Positions 39,040 to 51,528 of a stretch of DNA of 64,000 nucleotides are shown piece by piece. Under the pieces are notes generated by a model. That model searched no databases. It was not told the DNA's origin and saw only the letters and a list, made by a program, of their open reading frames with translations. Location: assembly GCA_032718475.1 (NCBI GenBank), contig JAUCBJ010006854.1, positions 1 to 64,000 on the forward strand. The letters are read 5' to 3'. A program made the position numbers and the translations under genes. Each line of letters opens with the position of its first letter. Position 1 is the first letter of the stretch. Origin of the DNA: Nemertoderma westbladi. Its lineage: Eukaryota; Animalia; Xenacoelomorpha.

Positions 39040-40800
39040 CATCATAATAATGATGGGGTGATGGTAACTCAACCTACTGGATCCAGAAGTCGAGGAAATC
39101 CTGCCAAAGTACCTAACTGATCTAGACTTTGCTGATGATGACTTGGATGGTGATGGCTGATGGAGTACTCTCATAAATAACTAAGGGAGCCCAACGGCTC
39201 CTCAGCTCATTCGAACAAACATGATGCTTCTAGTGTTGGTATTTTTATTAACTCCAAAAAGACCAAAATTTTGACAGTTAACTTTGAAAGTCCTCAGCAA
39301 GTCTCTGACCGGATGAGCATAAGCTCAAAGATGGCGCTTGAGCATGTGGACAACTTATGTTACCTCCCAGTGAAAAGTGCGCAAGCGTATTGCAAGCGTG
39401 GAACGCCAGGCACCAGGCGTATCTGATGTGATTCCTAAGAGTTATGGCCGGACCTTTACGCAACGACCTACTTGCGATAAGTCGCATAGATATCGCAACA
39501 ACTTGTGTTAAGTCGCATAAATATCGCAACAACTTGCATTCAGTCTCATAAAACTCACATGCGATTCACTTCCGACTTTCAAGCGTCATGACGCATAAAT
39601 GCCACAAAAATCTACTGGTTGTGATTTTTGTGTAATATATTGAGACCTTGTGACAGAAAATATGATTCATCAGTTGATTATTCCACTACTGTTTGATACT
39701 ATGGGCTTCCATATCATCTGCCTACTGTACTTACCTTACTGCCTTACATTACATTACATTACACTCTCTAGACATAGAACATCAGACATACTGTATGAAT
39801 CAATACTAGAAATGATTGGTTATATTTATATACAGGATAATATCAATAGATTAGAATAACCATGATCATGATACACTTTTAACTATTCCCTATAATTTTC
39901 AATTCTATAAAATATATTAATATAATCACTGAATTCGACAGCCATATTAGATAATTCATATTCACCACTTTTATATTTTTAAACTATTTATTTCTTGATA
40001 GGCAACTTTATTTTAATTAATAATCTTTAGTGTAATTAAAAACATGGGATTCGCATGGGAATTAACTCTTGAGAATCTCATGGTGTACAACATGCGTAAA
40101 ATAAGCGTTAAATGATGAGGTGTGATTCCCATGCGATTTTCATGCACGGAATCACATGCGTAAAATAAGTTGTGAATCGCATGCGTGGAATCGCTTCCCT
40201 ATTTTACATGTGAATCACATGCGAATCACAAGAGTTTTATCGCTATTTATTGAGCCGCAATAAAAACGCATGACGCATTAAAATCACTTGCGATACGTAC
40301 AGTATGCGCATTTTTCACTGGGCTGGGATCATGGATCCGGAAGTCAGGTGAGGACCTTCGAATACGTAAGGGAAAGGCATGGGCAAGTGGGCAGCCTAGA
40401 ATAGGCTTTCCAGGATTTGGAAGTCGCAGAGAATTAATCGGAAACTTGAAGTCCGATTATTTACAGCAGCAGTAGTTCCAGTACTCCTCTATGGGAGACC
40501 ATGTTGGGCTCTCTGCTAAGGACACCAAATCTTTGGATGGCAAATTCACAAGAATGCTGCGCCGGATTCATTGTGTCAAGTACAATGCACACATCTCTAA
40601 CCAGACACTATATAACATTGGAGGTGTCTCATTGGTTCCCCCAAGCTTGATACTAGAACAAAGTCACCTCCGCTTTGCAGGACAGTGTGCTTTCGCCGTG
40701 AGGACCAGCCAGTGCATAATCTTGTGCTTTGGCAGTCTCATGGGTGAATAAACATGGTGGACAGCCCATGACTTTTTTGAAACGCATCTTAAAGGGCACT
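39040..40800 (+). mobile_element. Degraded RTE-like LINE fragment interrupted by a MITE
   Basis: LTDLDFADD at ~39113-39140. YLGSWI is reconstituted across the MITE. The 3' part is nearly identical to 53383-53650. Confidence 0.8.
39366..40322. mobile_element. Non-autonomous TIR element (EnSpm/CACTA-like CCC...GGG ends, 2-bp TSD CT)
   Basis: TIRs cccagtgaaaagtgcgca / tgcgcatttttcactggg; CT at 39364-39365 and 40323-40324; subterminal cgcatg/cacatg repeats. Confidence 0.85.
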
Positions 40801-42474
40801 GACATTGTGCAATTGTAACATTGTGCAATTGTAACATTGTGCAATAACAATTAAAGAAATAATAATTTGGTGCAATTAATAATTATCCAAGTAATTTAAT
40901 TGGGGGCGATCAGCAAATAGCAGTGCTAGTGATAGCTGACTCCCGGGAGGGAGGACGGTGGGGGGAGTGGGTGGGTTGGGGGGGGGGGGGGGGGTTGGTT
41001 TCAGGTTTGCAGTATATTGATGTTGCATTGATTAAATTAATTCTATTAATAATATAAAATACTGTAAATATAATAATATTATAGCCTAGTAGAAAAGTTC
41101 GTAGTTAATTTTCAAGGAGGGAACGTAATAATACATGGACACACGGGTTACTGAGCAGTTCGGGAATTATTGAAGTTGGAAATGTTTTAATTTTTTGGTG
41201 AATAAGTTGTTAGTTGTGCATTTACGAAAAAGCGCTCCAGTTGAGTTCCAGTTTATTGGTCCCTGGTAACGGACTTAATGCTTAGCAACCATGTGACGTA
41301 TCATGGTAGGGAGTCCCTTATTAGGGACATAAAAGGAGTCGTTACAACAGAACGTGTGCGGTATCTATACAATATCGGAATTTTTTGTAAATAAGTTTTA
41401 TATGTCAGGGGAATTATTTGTGGTATATTTCGTACATAAATTTGTTTATTTCAAGCTTGTATAAAAAATATATATTGGTAAAATATTAAGTGATTGGCAA
41501 ATTGGTTGAGAAGAAGCTAGACTATGTTGAAAAAGTTATTATTCGAAATAGTTTGTTTATTTTTTCTCGTAAAGGTTTTATTATGGAATTATATATACTT
41601 CCCCAGACAGTTAATGCATGCATATCCTCCTCACCCTCAAAACTTTATACAAATCCTAACTTTGATTGCATGAAAAGTAAAACAGAGATGTTTGACATCT
41701 CGACTTCTTACTGGGTGAATCATAATTTTTATATTGTTTACTTTCAATCTCTAACTACAAGCGTTTGAAAAAGGTGTCTCCGTCGATATTAAAATCTCAA
41801 ATTCGTCGCGAAATAGCGGAGATATGGGCGTTCGAAAGTTACATGGTTTTGCACCTGCGCGGGGGTATTTCATTTTAATAAATTTAATAAATACACGTAC
41901 TGTACAGTACTAATACTGGCACCTTGAATCCATCCCAGTTTTAAGTTTGATTTGATTGGTACGTGTACTTGAATAACGACACTATATTCCGGAAAATGGT
42001 GAAAGTGACGCAAACTAGAAGGAAAGAAACAGGTTATTCTAACCAAAACAATTCACGATAGTCAGGAGCATAACGCATTAACGATAGTAGGTTACGGTTC
42101 ATTTTTTTTCGTGATATTATGGTAACAGTTGTTGCCGGCTGTAGTGGATGTCTAGCGTTTGCTTACTTACACTACACCCGTGATTTATTAACTTCTTCCG
42201 CTTGTGATACCCGACCCGTATATCTTTCGGAAATCTTTATAAGAGAAAAATTCAATTAAATTCCTCTCCACTGATAACATTGCCTCTGCATTATCTATTC
42301 ATTTTATCACACAATTATAATCAAAACATTTACTTATCTACATATATATATATATAAAAAATGTGAAGTTAAAATATTCTTAATTAATAAACAAGAGCAC
42401 AAATGTGTGAATAATACATAATGGTACATATTCGGGAACAGTTTGGACCCATTCTAATTATTTATCTTAACAAA

Positions 42475-43506
42475 CTATAACTCGTTCTTAGCTCGTTTCG
42501 TAAGAGACAAAACCAGGTCAGTTTTTTGAGCCACCCTTTTACAACCCGACATCGAATAAACCTCAGTTTCTTCTGGGAAATATTGAAGTTTATATATAAC
42601 TTTATTTACCAGAGTCTCGTCAGGCACCATACCTTTTAGTCTCATATAGTCTCTTATGCAATCCTTTACGTGGGAACGTTCCATCGGTAGGAACGGGATA
42701 TAGGCGTCAACAAGGAACCTCGATATAAGCGCGGCGTGTTGCAGACCGCCCGCGGAGTCATAAGCTCCCGCCTGCAACACATTCTCTACGTCGGTGAGAG
42801 CCAGAGTCTTGCGATCCCGCCCCTCCTTCCAGTGGTTGTACGCCAGCTCTACAATCTCCGATCCTCCGGTGTTACTAAGGAATATAAATATCGCCTTCCG
42901 GAAGTCTAAACCGTCGATGTCTTTGTGGTAATCCGTGAAGGGTTTCAACGTGTCCAGAAGACCCGGTTCCATTTCGTGAATCTCGTCGAATATAAACAAG
43001 GATCGCTCGCACTTACGGACAGCAGCCGTTATTTTTCGTATCAGCTGATCCTTGTATTCGGTTGTACGGGAAGCGTGAGGGAAGTTTAGCGTGGCTATAA
43101 AAAAGTGCACGAAGTTACTTTTCATCCCGTAGGTATATAAATTCTCGCTAATTATTTGACTTACGAAGTTTTTCCCGCTGCCGGTCCATCCGTGGAAGGA
43201 TAGGACCAAGGCCTTGGAGGGGTTGGGGTTGTTAACGTGATTATAGATGGTGCGGACTACTGTATCCACTACAAGGTGCTGTCCATGCACTTTGTCCACG
43301 AGTTGGAGTTCAAGTTGCGTAACATTCGCGGGTATCCACGCACTCGTACAGCACTCGAATGTAAGACAATACGGGTTCCACCCGATCCCCTTCCCGAAGT
43401 TTAGTAGAGTAGATAAGCCGAAAAAACTTTGCGTTGATAAGGGTTGAACTGCTCCAACGATTACCAGGAAATACATGAAACAATGCACCATAGTTTTTGT
43501 CTTCAT
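42475..43506 (-). CDS. TOR1: Torsin-1 family AAA+ ATPase, single coding exon
   Basis: Hydrophobic N-terminus; ECC, GQHL, torsin-type Walker A GWTGSGKN, Walker B FIFDE, sensor-1 FLSNTGG, PFLPME and the GCK motif. First ATG at 43506; downstream ATGs are possible starts. Confidence 0.95.
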   Translation of the reverse strand: MKTKTMVHCFMYFLVIVGAVQPLSTQSFFGLSTLLNFGKGIGWNPYCLTFECCTSAWIPANVTQLELQLVDKVHGQHLVVDTVVRTIYNHVNNPNPSKALVLSFHGWTGSGKNFVSQIISENLYTYGMKSNFVHFFIATLNFPHASRTTEYKDQLIRKITAAVRKCERSLFIFDEIHEMEPGLLDTLKPFTDYHKDIDGLDFRKAIFIFLSNTGGSEIVELAYNHWKEGRDRKTLALTDVENVLQAGAYDSAGGLQHAALISRFLVDAYIPFLPMERSHVKDCIRDYMRLKGMVPDETLVNKVIYKLQYFPEETEVYSMSGCKRVAQKTDLVLSLTKRAKNEL

Positions 43507-44425
43507 ATTTACAGATTTACAGTTCAGCAATACAGGGAAATAATTCCTACTGAATTAAAACAGTAGGCCTACAGCTGTACCTGTACCGGTACCTCAGAAG
43601 TACTGCTGTACTGCGGAGTGAGTACATTGAAATATGAAACAATACTGCAATAGGCCTAGAATTCATTCCCAGTCTGCAGTCCCACACACACTTGACTTGA
43701 CAGCAGCTTGACAGAAAGTGGGAAATGGAAAGTGCTAAAAACCGGACCCACCTATACTCATACACTCAGTGCTCAGCTTTACTCACCTGTGGGTCAATGC
43801 CAACTATATTGACCAAGTCATGTACGCGTACAGTACGGGACAAAAATATAAAAAAAAACACTAATTACTTACATTTAATTAATGGTTGGGTTGGGGGCTT
43901 ACAAGTCACCGATAAACAGTAACCGCTCCGCTCCTTCCCCTTATTAATTGACAACAGACCAAATTAATTTATTATCAAATTTGCTATTTGTGGAAAGGGT
44001 TTTTAGATTGGGACAGTACCGGTAGTTGAGAGTGGGACGAAAGTTGGGAATGGGACGGGAGTTGGGAATGGGAAGGACGATAAACTGGATTTAAATTCTA
44101 GTACGGAGGAGTTGTTTGAAGAATTTTATGATTTGTTTTTAATTGGAAAATAAACGTCAAAATTTATAATAATCGTTTTCATGTAAATTCCTTTCAATAC
44201 CTAATCCATATGTCCCATACATGTCATCAAAAACTGTCTTGAAATTAAATTTTCAAATTAATTGTTTGATATAGAATAGCGTTTTTCAGTTGACCATTAA
44301 TAATAGGCCTACAGTATGCTTTGTTTTGTGTATCACATTGTTATTAACAGGAAAAAAATATTTAGCCCCACTTTTTACGGCAAAGTTTCCCAGAAAGTGA
44401 AACTTAAAATACGCAGATAGTGGGG

Positions 44426-44573
44426 AAAGTAAAGTAAAGTAAAGTAAAGTAAAGTAAAGTAAAGTAAAGTAAAGTAAAGTAAAGTAAAGTAAAGTAAAGT
44501 AAAGTAAAGTAAAGTAAAGTAAAGTAAAGTAAAGTAAAGTAAAGTAAAGTAAAGTAAAGTAAAGTAAAGTAAA
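44426..44573. repeat. (AAAGT)29 microsatellite, the 3' tail of the adjacent SINE
   Basis: Perfect pentamer run directly abutting the SINE 3' end. Confidence 0.97.
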
Positions 44574-44834
44574 TTTCCTTCGGCCACTAGGCCAGGGATT
44601 ACGCACAAAGTCTGACGACTTATTTCCAGTGCGGTCCCCACAGAACTTTACTCCCCAGAGGAAACTCCAGTACTCATTTAGCTACCACTTAAGGAAGCAA
44701 GGCAGAGATGCGCCCTGGCTGGTCCCTTTAAAGCATTCGTGCCGAAATGAAAACTGCCCTGGCCCATGTGAGGATCGAACCCACGACTTACAGGAGATGT
44801 GAATTCAATGCAACCACTACACCAAGGTGGAACC
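44574..44834 (-). mobile_element. tRNA-derived SINE
   Basis: Minus strand shows A box TGGTGTAGTGG, B box GGTTCGATCC, central AAATGAGTACTGG, a 3' stem-loop region GGGACCGCAC..AAGTC-GTCA-GACTT..GTGCG..TCCC, and a (TTTAC)n tail. Confidence 0.82.
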
Positions 44835-46001
44835 TAGATATACTGTATATTGACAGACATTCTCACATATTAACATTTCTTAACGGATTTCGATTCTATT
44901 TGTATGACATTTGACATTGTAGGTAATGATTGTGTCTACAAATTAATTGGGCGAATTTTAATCATTTTGTGAAAAAGTAATTTAGAGTTTAAATGCCCGA
45001 TAATACAGTAAGGTCTAGTTTATTATTCTGCCGGTAGTAAGCTAAAACCGCTGTAATTAATACTCTATACCTTTAAAACTAAAAACGATATTGAAAAACC
45101 ATTTTAAGTTTTGAATTCACCACTAAACCTTGTCCTAAAATAAAAAATTAAATTTAACATTTTTTGTTTTTCGGTGAGCCAACCATTTCAACATTCTAAC
45201 TCCTTGCAAATTTATTCTATCAACTACACAGTAGGCATAGACTTCCCAATAGGCTGCAGCTTATAATGTAAAATGTTTATCGATTTTTCTAATAAACATA
45301 CAGTAATTAAATATACTGTGTAGTGTTGCATCCTAATCCTAAATTGTAACCCTAAAAAATCTTGATAAATTTAGACGGGCAAAATTAAACTGTGTGTAAA
45401 GTTGTGTTGTGGGGACTTCACAGTATGTGGATCGTGGATGAAGTCAGTGAAACTTAGAAGAAAGTTTTTAGTACAAGCATATCTAGTGTGAAGATGTAAC
45501 CTTTGATCATGCTTTGTTATATACTGTGAACAATATGCTGTAAATTCTCCAAACTTTATACCGTAGGCCTAGCCTTACAACGCTGACGGACATAAAATTT
45601 CTTAAAATTTGACACGGTCGTTGTTTCTGAGATATTGATGATTGAACACTGGACTAAACAATAAACATATGATATTGGCTTTTTTGGCCCATACTAGTGT
45701 TGCCACGGGATCGGGATCCACAATTTTCGGGATTCGAGATCGGGATTTTTAATTTTATTGCGGCTAACTTATCCAAAACTCATCCAAAACTTAAAATAGC
45801 TATCTGCCCTGCCCTCTTTATCGGAGTAAAAAAAATTAATTTCACATATGGTTTTAATATAATTTCTGCTACATTTTTCATATATTTACTGCAGTCTAAA
45901 TGAATCACTGCCACATAAAAATGTTTGTCATATTCAATAAAAAGCAACAAGTGTTATTATATTATTTATAACTTTTTTAATGATTTTTTTATAAATTTTT
46001 A

Positions 46002-46055
46002 ACCCTCGGAGTAGGAAAGCCTCAGCTTCGCCTCGGCAGTTCCTACTCCTCGGGT
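46002..46055. other. GC-rich hairpin, probable end of a non-autonomous element
   Basis: accc..ggagtaggaa [agcctcagcttcgcctcggcag] ttcctactcc..gggt. Confidence 0.5.
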
Positions 46056-46522
46056 AAAAACAACCGGAAAAACAACAAAACAACCGGGAAACAATTGCAT
46101 GTAATTCTACAATAAAAGTATAATGCAGTGCAGTGTGCAGTAGCGAACTATACCCTCTACAACGATATCTTTATTAATATTTTTACTCTTTGTTACATTT
46201 TTTTTTACATATATTTGGTTTTATTTTTTTTAAATTCATTAAATATAATACCGGTACTTCCGGACCGGTAGTCTATTTTATCTATTTTTAGCCTTCTGAA
46301 TATTTTATATTCAGATTACAGTTAGCCGTTACCAATAAATACCGTTAACTTACCATTATACTTTCAATTTTTAGATTATGTAGGCCTACCTACATACAAC
46401 ATACAACAACCCACTATTATTTTTTTACTATTAAACTTGTGATATTTTTATCCTTATATACGGTCAGACGGTACGGTACGTTGATTGATTAGCGTACCGG
46501 TACGGTACTTTGCCAGATACAG

Positions 46523-48993
46523 CTATAGGGGCTGTTGCGCTGTCAGTCAGAGAGGTAACAGCCCATGGGGTAAGGATTTACCCATGGGGCGCTAACTATC
46601 AGATAGTCTGATACCAACTGTCAGACAGTCTTTTTCAACTATCAGATAGATGATCGCCCAGTTACAAGTTGCCCGATGCCATAGTTGTATTTTTTAAACC
46701 CCGAGTGTTGTTGACGGAGTCTGTTACTTCCGAAATCGTTGATCGTGGTGCCGGTGCCGGAATTCTGGCTTTGATTAAAAACACTGAACTGCTGAACGAT
46801 GGCGGAATCTACGAAACCCGGCCGGATTCCTAATCCGAGGAGGCGACGGAGTCAATTAAACGTAAACAATGAAACGATCGCGATGGACAATGGAGTCTAT
46901 TCAATGTATCCAGAACGATACGATGGCGACGGAGTCTATTACAGTATTAAACACGCAACCAAAGCGATCAGACGATGGCGAAGTAATCTACAAAACAGAG
47001 AACGACAGGAAGGCGATGGAGTTTATTAAACCCAGTAAGATGGTGCATAGCGAAGCGATCGAGACGGATAACGGAGTCTATTACAGTATTAAACCTGGAA
47101 CGAAGACGGTGGAATCTATAGGCCTAAACCTGGAACAATGCGAACAAGGCTACTCTAAAGTTAGACTAGACTGGTTTGTGAGATTAACTTGCCAATACTA
47201 ACTCAATACAATTTGCTTTCTTCGAATTCCTAATAATATATTTTAATCTTAATAATAATTATTCAACATCAATTATTTTATAAGTCTTGTCAATGTATAA
47301 GATTGCTAAAGACTAAAGAGCTAACTTTAGGATAATCTGCCTTATATTTTTAGAATTATTATAATTAATTTTGTTATGTTTATAATGAATTGTATCTTTT
47401 GACAGACTACTTGATGCGCGACCGTGATAATAAAATTAAATGGTGCCGAAATATTTTCACTTAACTGCAGGTAGGGGGGGGGGGGGGGGGGGCAATCAAT
47501 ATTCTTCCCTCTCCAGGTGAAAATCGACGCAAATAACAGCTTGTTTACTACTAAAATAAAACTGCATCCTGTTCTATAGGAAAAAACATTATAGGGGAAA
47601 CTTTAGCAAGTTGTGTTTATTTTAGCCGATAGACAAGATTACATGTTTACCAAGTTTGGTATAATTTAGTCAAAGATTGAATGAGTTACGATTTTAAATT
47701 ATCAGTGGAGGGTGAAGGCGGCGGGCCAGGATTCAGTTATACTTGAATAAAGAATAGTGATTAAACCAAGGGATACGCGATATATGACACTGCTGTATAA
47801 GTTCATTGAATGACTGTTGATTTCGAAACATTTAATTCAAAACTATATAAATGTTAATATAATTTTGGATTTTTTTTTGTAATAATTAACAGATGAATTA
47901 TATTTCATTAATTTATTTTTTTATCTAATCACATTATTAAATAACGAAGCACAGAAATAATACTAAGATTGAATATTGAATTGAAGGTACAGTACCGAAT
48001 TGAATATTTGAGATTGCATAAGATAGAGTATTGAATATTGAATATCTTCGGCCGTCATCCCGTTGGTGACTCCATTGGCAACCATTTCGACAGTTTCGAT
48101 TGGTTTCGGCTCTTCAGTCCCCGAATAGACCGATGGTCGGCGTGGTTGCTGTCCCCATGACTGAGGCTGCATTACCAACCAAAATTGCCATCTCCAGGCG
48201 CTGGAGCAGAAACTGGTGTGACCGCGGTTCGTGGGTGGCACTGTGGAGACGAGCCCCGATCTCCCGGAGGAAGGTGGATGTCTCTGGACCGGGGCGGCCA
48301 AAGGTCTCAAAGGCCACGGGGTGAAAGAAATGGCCCCGGTCCATTAGGTCGCGATACTTAGAGTTTTTAATGCGCTCCGCCCCCTCAGCTGAGTGCCCCC
48401 CAGCAATGATGGTTTGTTGAAGGTGGCTGGGGGCCAGTGGATCTAGTAATAATTATCGCAAAGATATGATTAGGTAGGCCTACGTGATATTAGTTTCTCA
48501 AACCAAACCTATCCATCCATTGACGTCCAAATATATCCAATTTCTCAATCCATACTAATCAGTATGTATGTAATAATGTACACTGTAATGCAATAATGTC
48601 AATGTCCAACCAAACAATGCGTTGAGTGTTATCGGACCAGCCTCCGAGAAATGTTAGGCTAACGGCACCTCGCTCTGTCGCATCAGTTTTTGTAGTGGTC
48701 TAGTTCCAGGCTACCAGAATCCGTTAGTGGATGATATAGAATCAGCACATCCTGACATCTGTGCAACTCCTGAACTCAGGCGAGCATTTTACAGATGGTG
48801 GTCTAATTTATATGGTCTTGTACCGCGAAACCGTGTATTATTTACAGATGTAGGCTAAATTTCGGGTCTTGTACCGTGCACAGTACTGGTGGGCCTACAC
48901 AGCTACTGCTATTTTGCCTAATACAGGTCCCAGAGGTAAATCCTTACCCCACGGGCTGTTACCTCTCTGACTGACAGCGCAACAGCCCTCTCT
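46523..48993. mobile_element. ~2.5-kb non-autonomous TIR transposon (MULE-like, 9-bp TSD CAGATACAG)
   Basis: ~54-bp near-perfect TIRs (gggctgttgcgctgtcagtcagagaggtaacagccc.tggggtaaggatttacc at 46529; complement ending at 48988). cagatacag occurs at 46514-46522 and 48994-49002. Confidence 0.82.
47963..48445 (-). mobile_element. 5'-truncated CRE-clade (restriction-like endonuclease) non-LTR retrotransposon fragment
   Basis: The frame extended upstream of the listed ORF reads DPLAPSHL...AERIKNSKYRDL...FHPVAFETFG...FLREIG...FLLQRLEMAILVGNAASVMGT; the 3' end is TTCAATA-rich. Confidence 0.75.
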
Positions 48994-49208
48994 CAGATAC
49001 AGAGAGAGATACCGGTATGTATTTCTTATTTTAACCCTGGCTAAAGCAGTAAAGGTACCTACGGACCCTCATTCAATTCGGACCCTCATTTCACTCTGAA
49101 CTGCGAATTGTGGTTTCAGAACGCCACTAACCAAATCCAATGCCGGTATTGGAAACTAATCTAATTAGCTAATACAGTACCGGTAATCTGGTAATAGTTA
49201 ATACAGTA

Positions 49209-50531
49209 ATGGCTTTATTTGGTAAATTATTAACCGCGGTACCAAAAAGGCTATTGAAAAGGTCACTTTTAAAACACGGGGGATTTATGTCAACCGTTGA
49301 GTCAAATATACCTTATATTTCGGCTGCGGATATATCTGGCAACCAACTAAGTTTCGACTACAGCGATGCTCTTCAGCTGACGGGGTTGCTAACCGAAGAT
49401 GAACAACTAATTCAACAACAAAGTCGCGATTACTGCCAGGAGAAACTAATGCCACGAATATTACTGGCCAATAGAAACCGTGTGTTCGATACCGGCATCC
49501 TAAAGGAGATGGGGCGACTCGGACTTCTGGGACCTACTATAAACGGTTACGGATGTGCGGGAGTGAGCGCAGTAGCGTACGGACTGATAGCGCGGGAGGT
49601 AGAACGCGTGGACAGCGCCTACCGATCGGCTATGAGCGTGCAATCCTCGCTAGTGATGCACCCCATCTACGCGTACGGATCCGAGGCCCAGAAAGATAAA
49701 TATTTACCGAAACTCGCCCGGGGCGAATTGATAGGGGCATTCGGGTTGACTGAACCCAACCATGGGTCTGATCCGGGCTCCATGGAAACTAAAGCGGAAT
49801 TCGACAAAGCGAAACGTTGCTACGTATTAAACGGAACGAAATCCTGGATAACAAACTCACCCATAGCTGACGTGTTTATTATTTGGGCGAAAACGCGAGA
49901 TGATGGAAAAGTTAAAGGTTTTATTTTAGAACGAAGTACTATGGAGGGAATATCAACACCGACTATAGAAGGGAAATTTTCCTTATTGGCGTCGGAAACT
50001 GGGTTTATCGTTCTTGATAACGTAGAAGTTCCGGAAGCGAACCGTTTACCGAATACCGTCGGTTTATCCGGCCCGTTCGGTTGTTTGAACAGCGCCCGTT
50101 ACGGGATCGCCTGGGGGGCGTTGGGCGCCGCTGAGTTCTGTTTCCACGCCGCCCGTCAGTACGCCCTGGATCGCAAGCAGTTCGGGCAACCGCTAGCCCG
50201 TAACCAACTAGTGCAGAAGAAGCTGGCGGATATGTGTAGCGAGATAAACCTCGGTCTGTTGGCCTGTCTGCAGGTCGGGAGGTTGAAGGACGCAGACAGA
50301 CTCGTCCCCACCATGGTGTCTATGATTAAACGTAATTCCTGCGGCAAGGCGCTTGAGATAGCGCGTAACGCGAGGGATATACTGGGGGGTAACGGCGTCA
50401 GCGACGAATACCATGTTATTCGTCACGTAATGAACTTAGAAGCTGTTAATACGTACGAAGGTACTCACGATATACACGCACTAATGCTTGGAAGGGCCAT
50501 TACGGGGATACAGGCCTTTACTGTAGGTTAA
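49209..50531 (+). CDS. GCDH: Glutaryl-CoA dehydrogenase, mitochondrial, single exon
   Basis: Basic transit peptide; [71 protein letters not shown]. Confidence 0.98.
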   Translation: MALFGKLLTAVPKRLLKRSLLKHGGFMSTVESNIPYISAADISGNQLSFDYSDALQLTGLLTEDEQLIQQQSRDYCQEKLMPRILLANRNRVFDTGILKEMGRLGLLGPTINGYGCAGVSAVAYGLIAREVERVDSAYRSAMSVQSSLVMHPIYAYGSEAQKDKYLPKLARGELIGAFGLTEPNHGSDPGSMETKAEFDKAKRCYVLNGTKSWITNSPIADVFIIWAKTRDDGKVKGFILERSTMEGISTPTIEGKFSLLASETGFIVLDNVEVPEANRLPNTVGLSGPFGCLNSARYGIAWGALGAAEFCFHAARQYALDRKQFGQPLARNQLVQKKLADMCSEINLGLLACLQVGRLKDADRLVPTMVSMIKRNSCGKALEIARNARDILGGNGVSDEYHVIRHVMNLEAVNTYEGTHDIHALMLGRAITGIQAFTVG

Positions 50532-50870
50532 ACTCTATTGACTCTGTGTATCCTATCAGCAGTTGAATGTGCAGTGTTTCCTTGTTGGACTGCATCACCA
50601 ACCCTATAATTGAGAACAATATCGTCACTAATGGTTATTGGTTAGCTGTACTTTATATTGTTCAATCATGTTGAACTTAGAACTTCGTTTGATTACATTC
50701 CAATACTCGACAGTATAATTTTAATTATTTTATTCAGAATTAATTACTGAGTCTGAGATAATTGTCTTGCTCGTCCCCGATGCTTTAATACGCGGCGAGT
50801 AGAAACGGATACCTCGATATTATTTACGTTATGTTCACATTCCCCTCGTTGAAAATAGATAAAGTATACG

Positions 50871-51063
50871 ATGGGTTGGGTGCAATCTTCGCCCGCGGCC
50901 AATCTTCGCCGGCGTCCAACTTTCGACCGATTGGGGGAAAGGAGCAGGTTACAGACACGATAGGTTACAGAGACGAATTTTTATAACCAAACATATAAAC
51001 GAGGTTGTTAGCACTCATTTTGAGGGCGAAGATTACTCGCAGGCGAAGATTGCTGCATCCCAT
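50871..51063. mobile_element. Small MITE-like inverted repeat
   Basis: gcaatcttcgcc.gcg..caatcttcgcc versus ggcgaagatt.ctcgcaggcgaagattgc; TSD not resolved. Confidence 0.6.
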
Positions 51064-51528
51064 TTAGAAATTGATAAATGCATTTTCACTGGATAATTAT
51101 TCCAATATCCAGATGGGGGGGGGGGGGGGGGGGGGGGGGGGTGGTACTTTCGGCGCAATCAAAATACAGTACGAGTCTATATTTCAATTTAAATCTTTAT
51201 ATTACATGACGTAGTTTATATTAAATGCTCTTGATGCATTAATTTTAGGTAACATTCATATCAATCTTACGTTATTTCCAGTTCAATAAATGTGGATTTC
51301 AAACAGTAGCTTACCTGTAGGTAGAGTGTAGATATTTAAAAATCAATTTATTGTATTGTTGCATATTGTGGTGTCAGGGTCAGCTTGTTGTTTCTTCCAA
51401 AGATTAGTATTATTATTTTAATAAAAACTTAATTAAATACAGAACAGGTCCGTATTAATGTATATAATCTGTAATACATTTTGTTATTATTGTTGATAAC
51501 CTCATCCTATTGTACGCACATATTTATA

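Noticed and set aside
44286-44641. ORFs with (LLYFT)n
   Set aside because: Translation of the (TTTAC)n microsatellite.
51115-51141. Long G/C homopolymers (also ~2735, ~5707, ~40979, ~47474)
   Set aside because: Length varies between repeat copies and there is no evidence of function beyond slippage.
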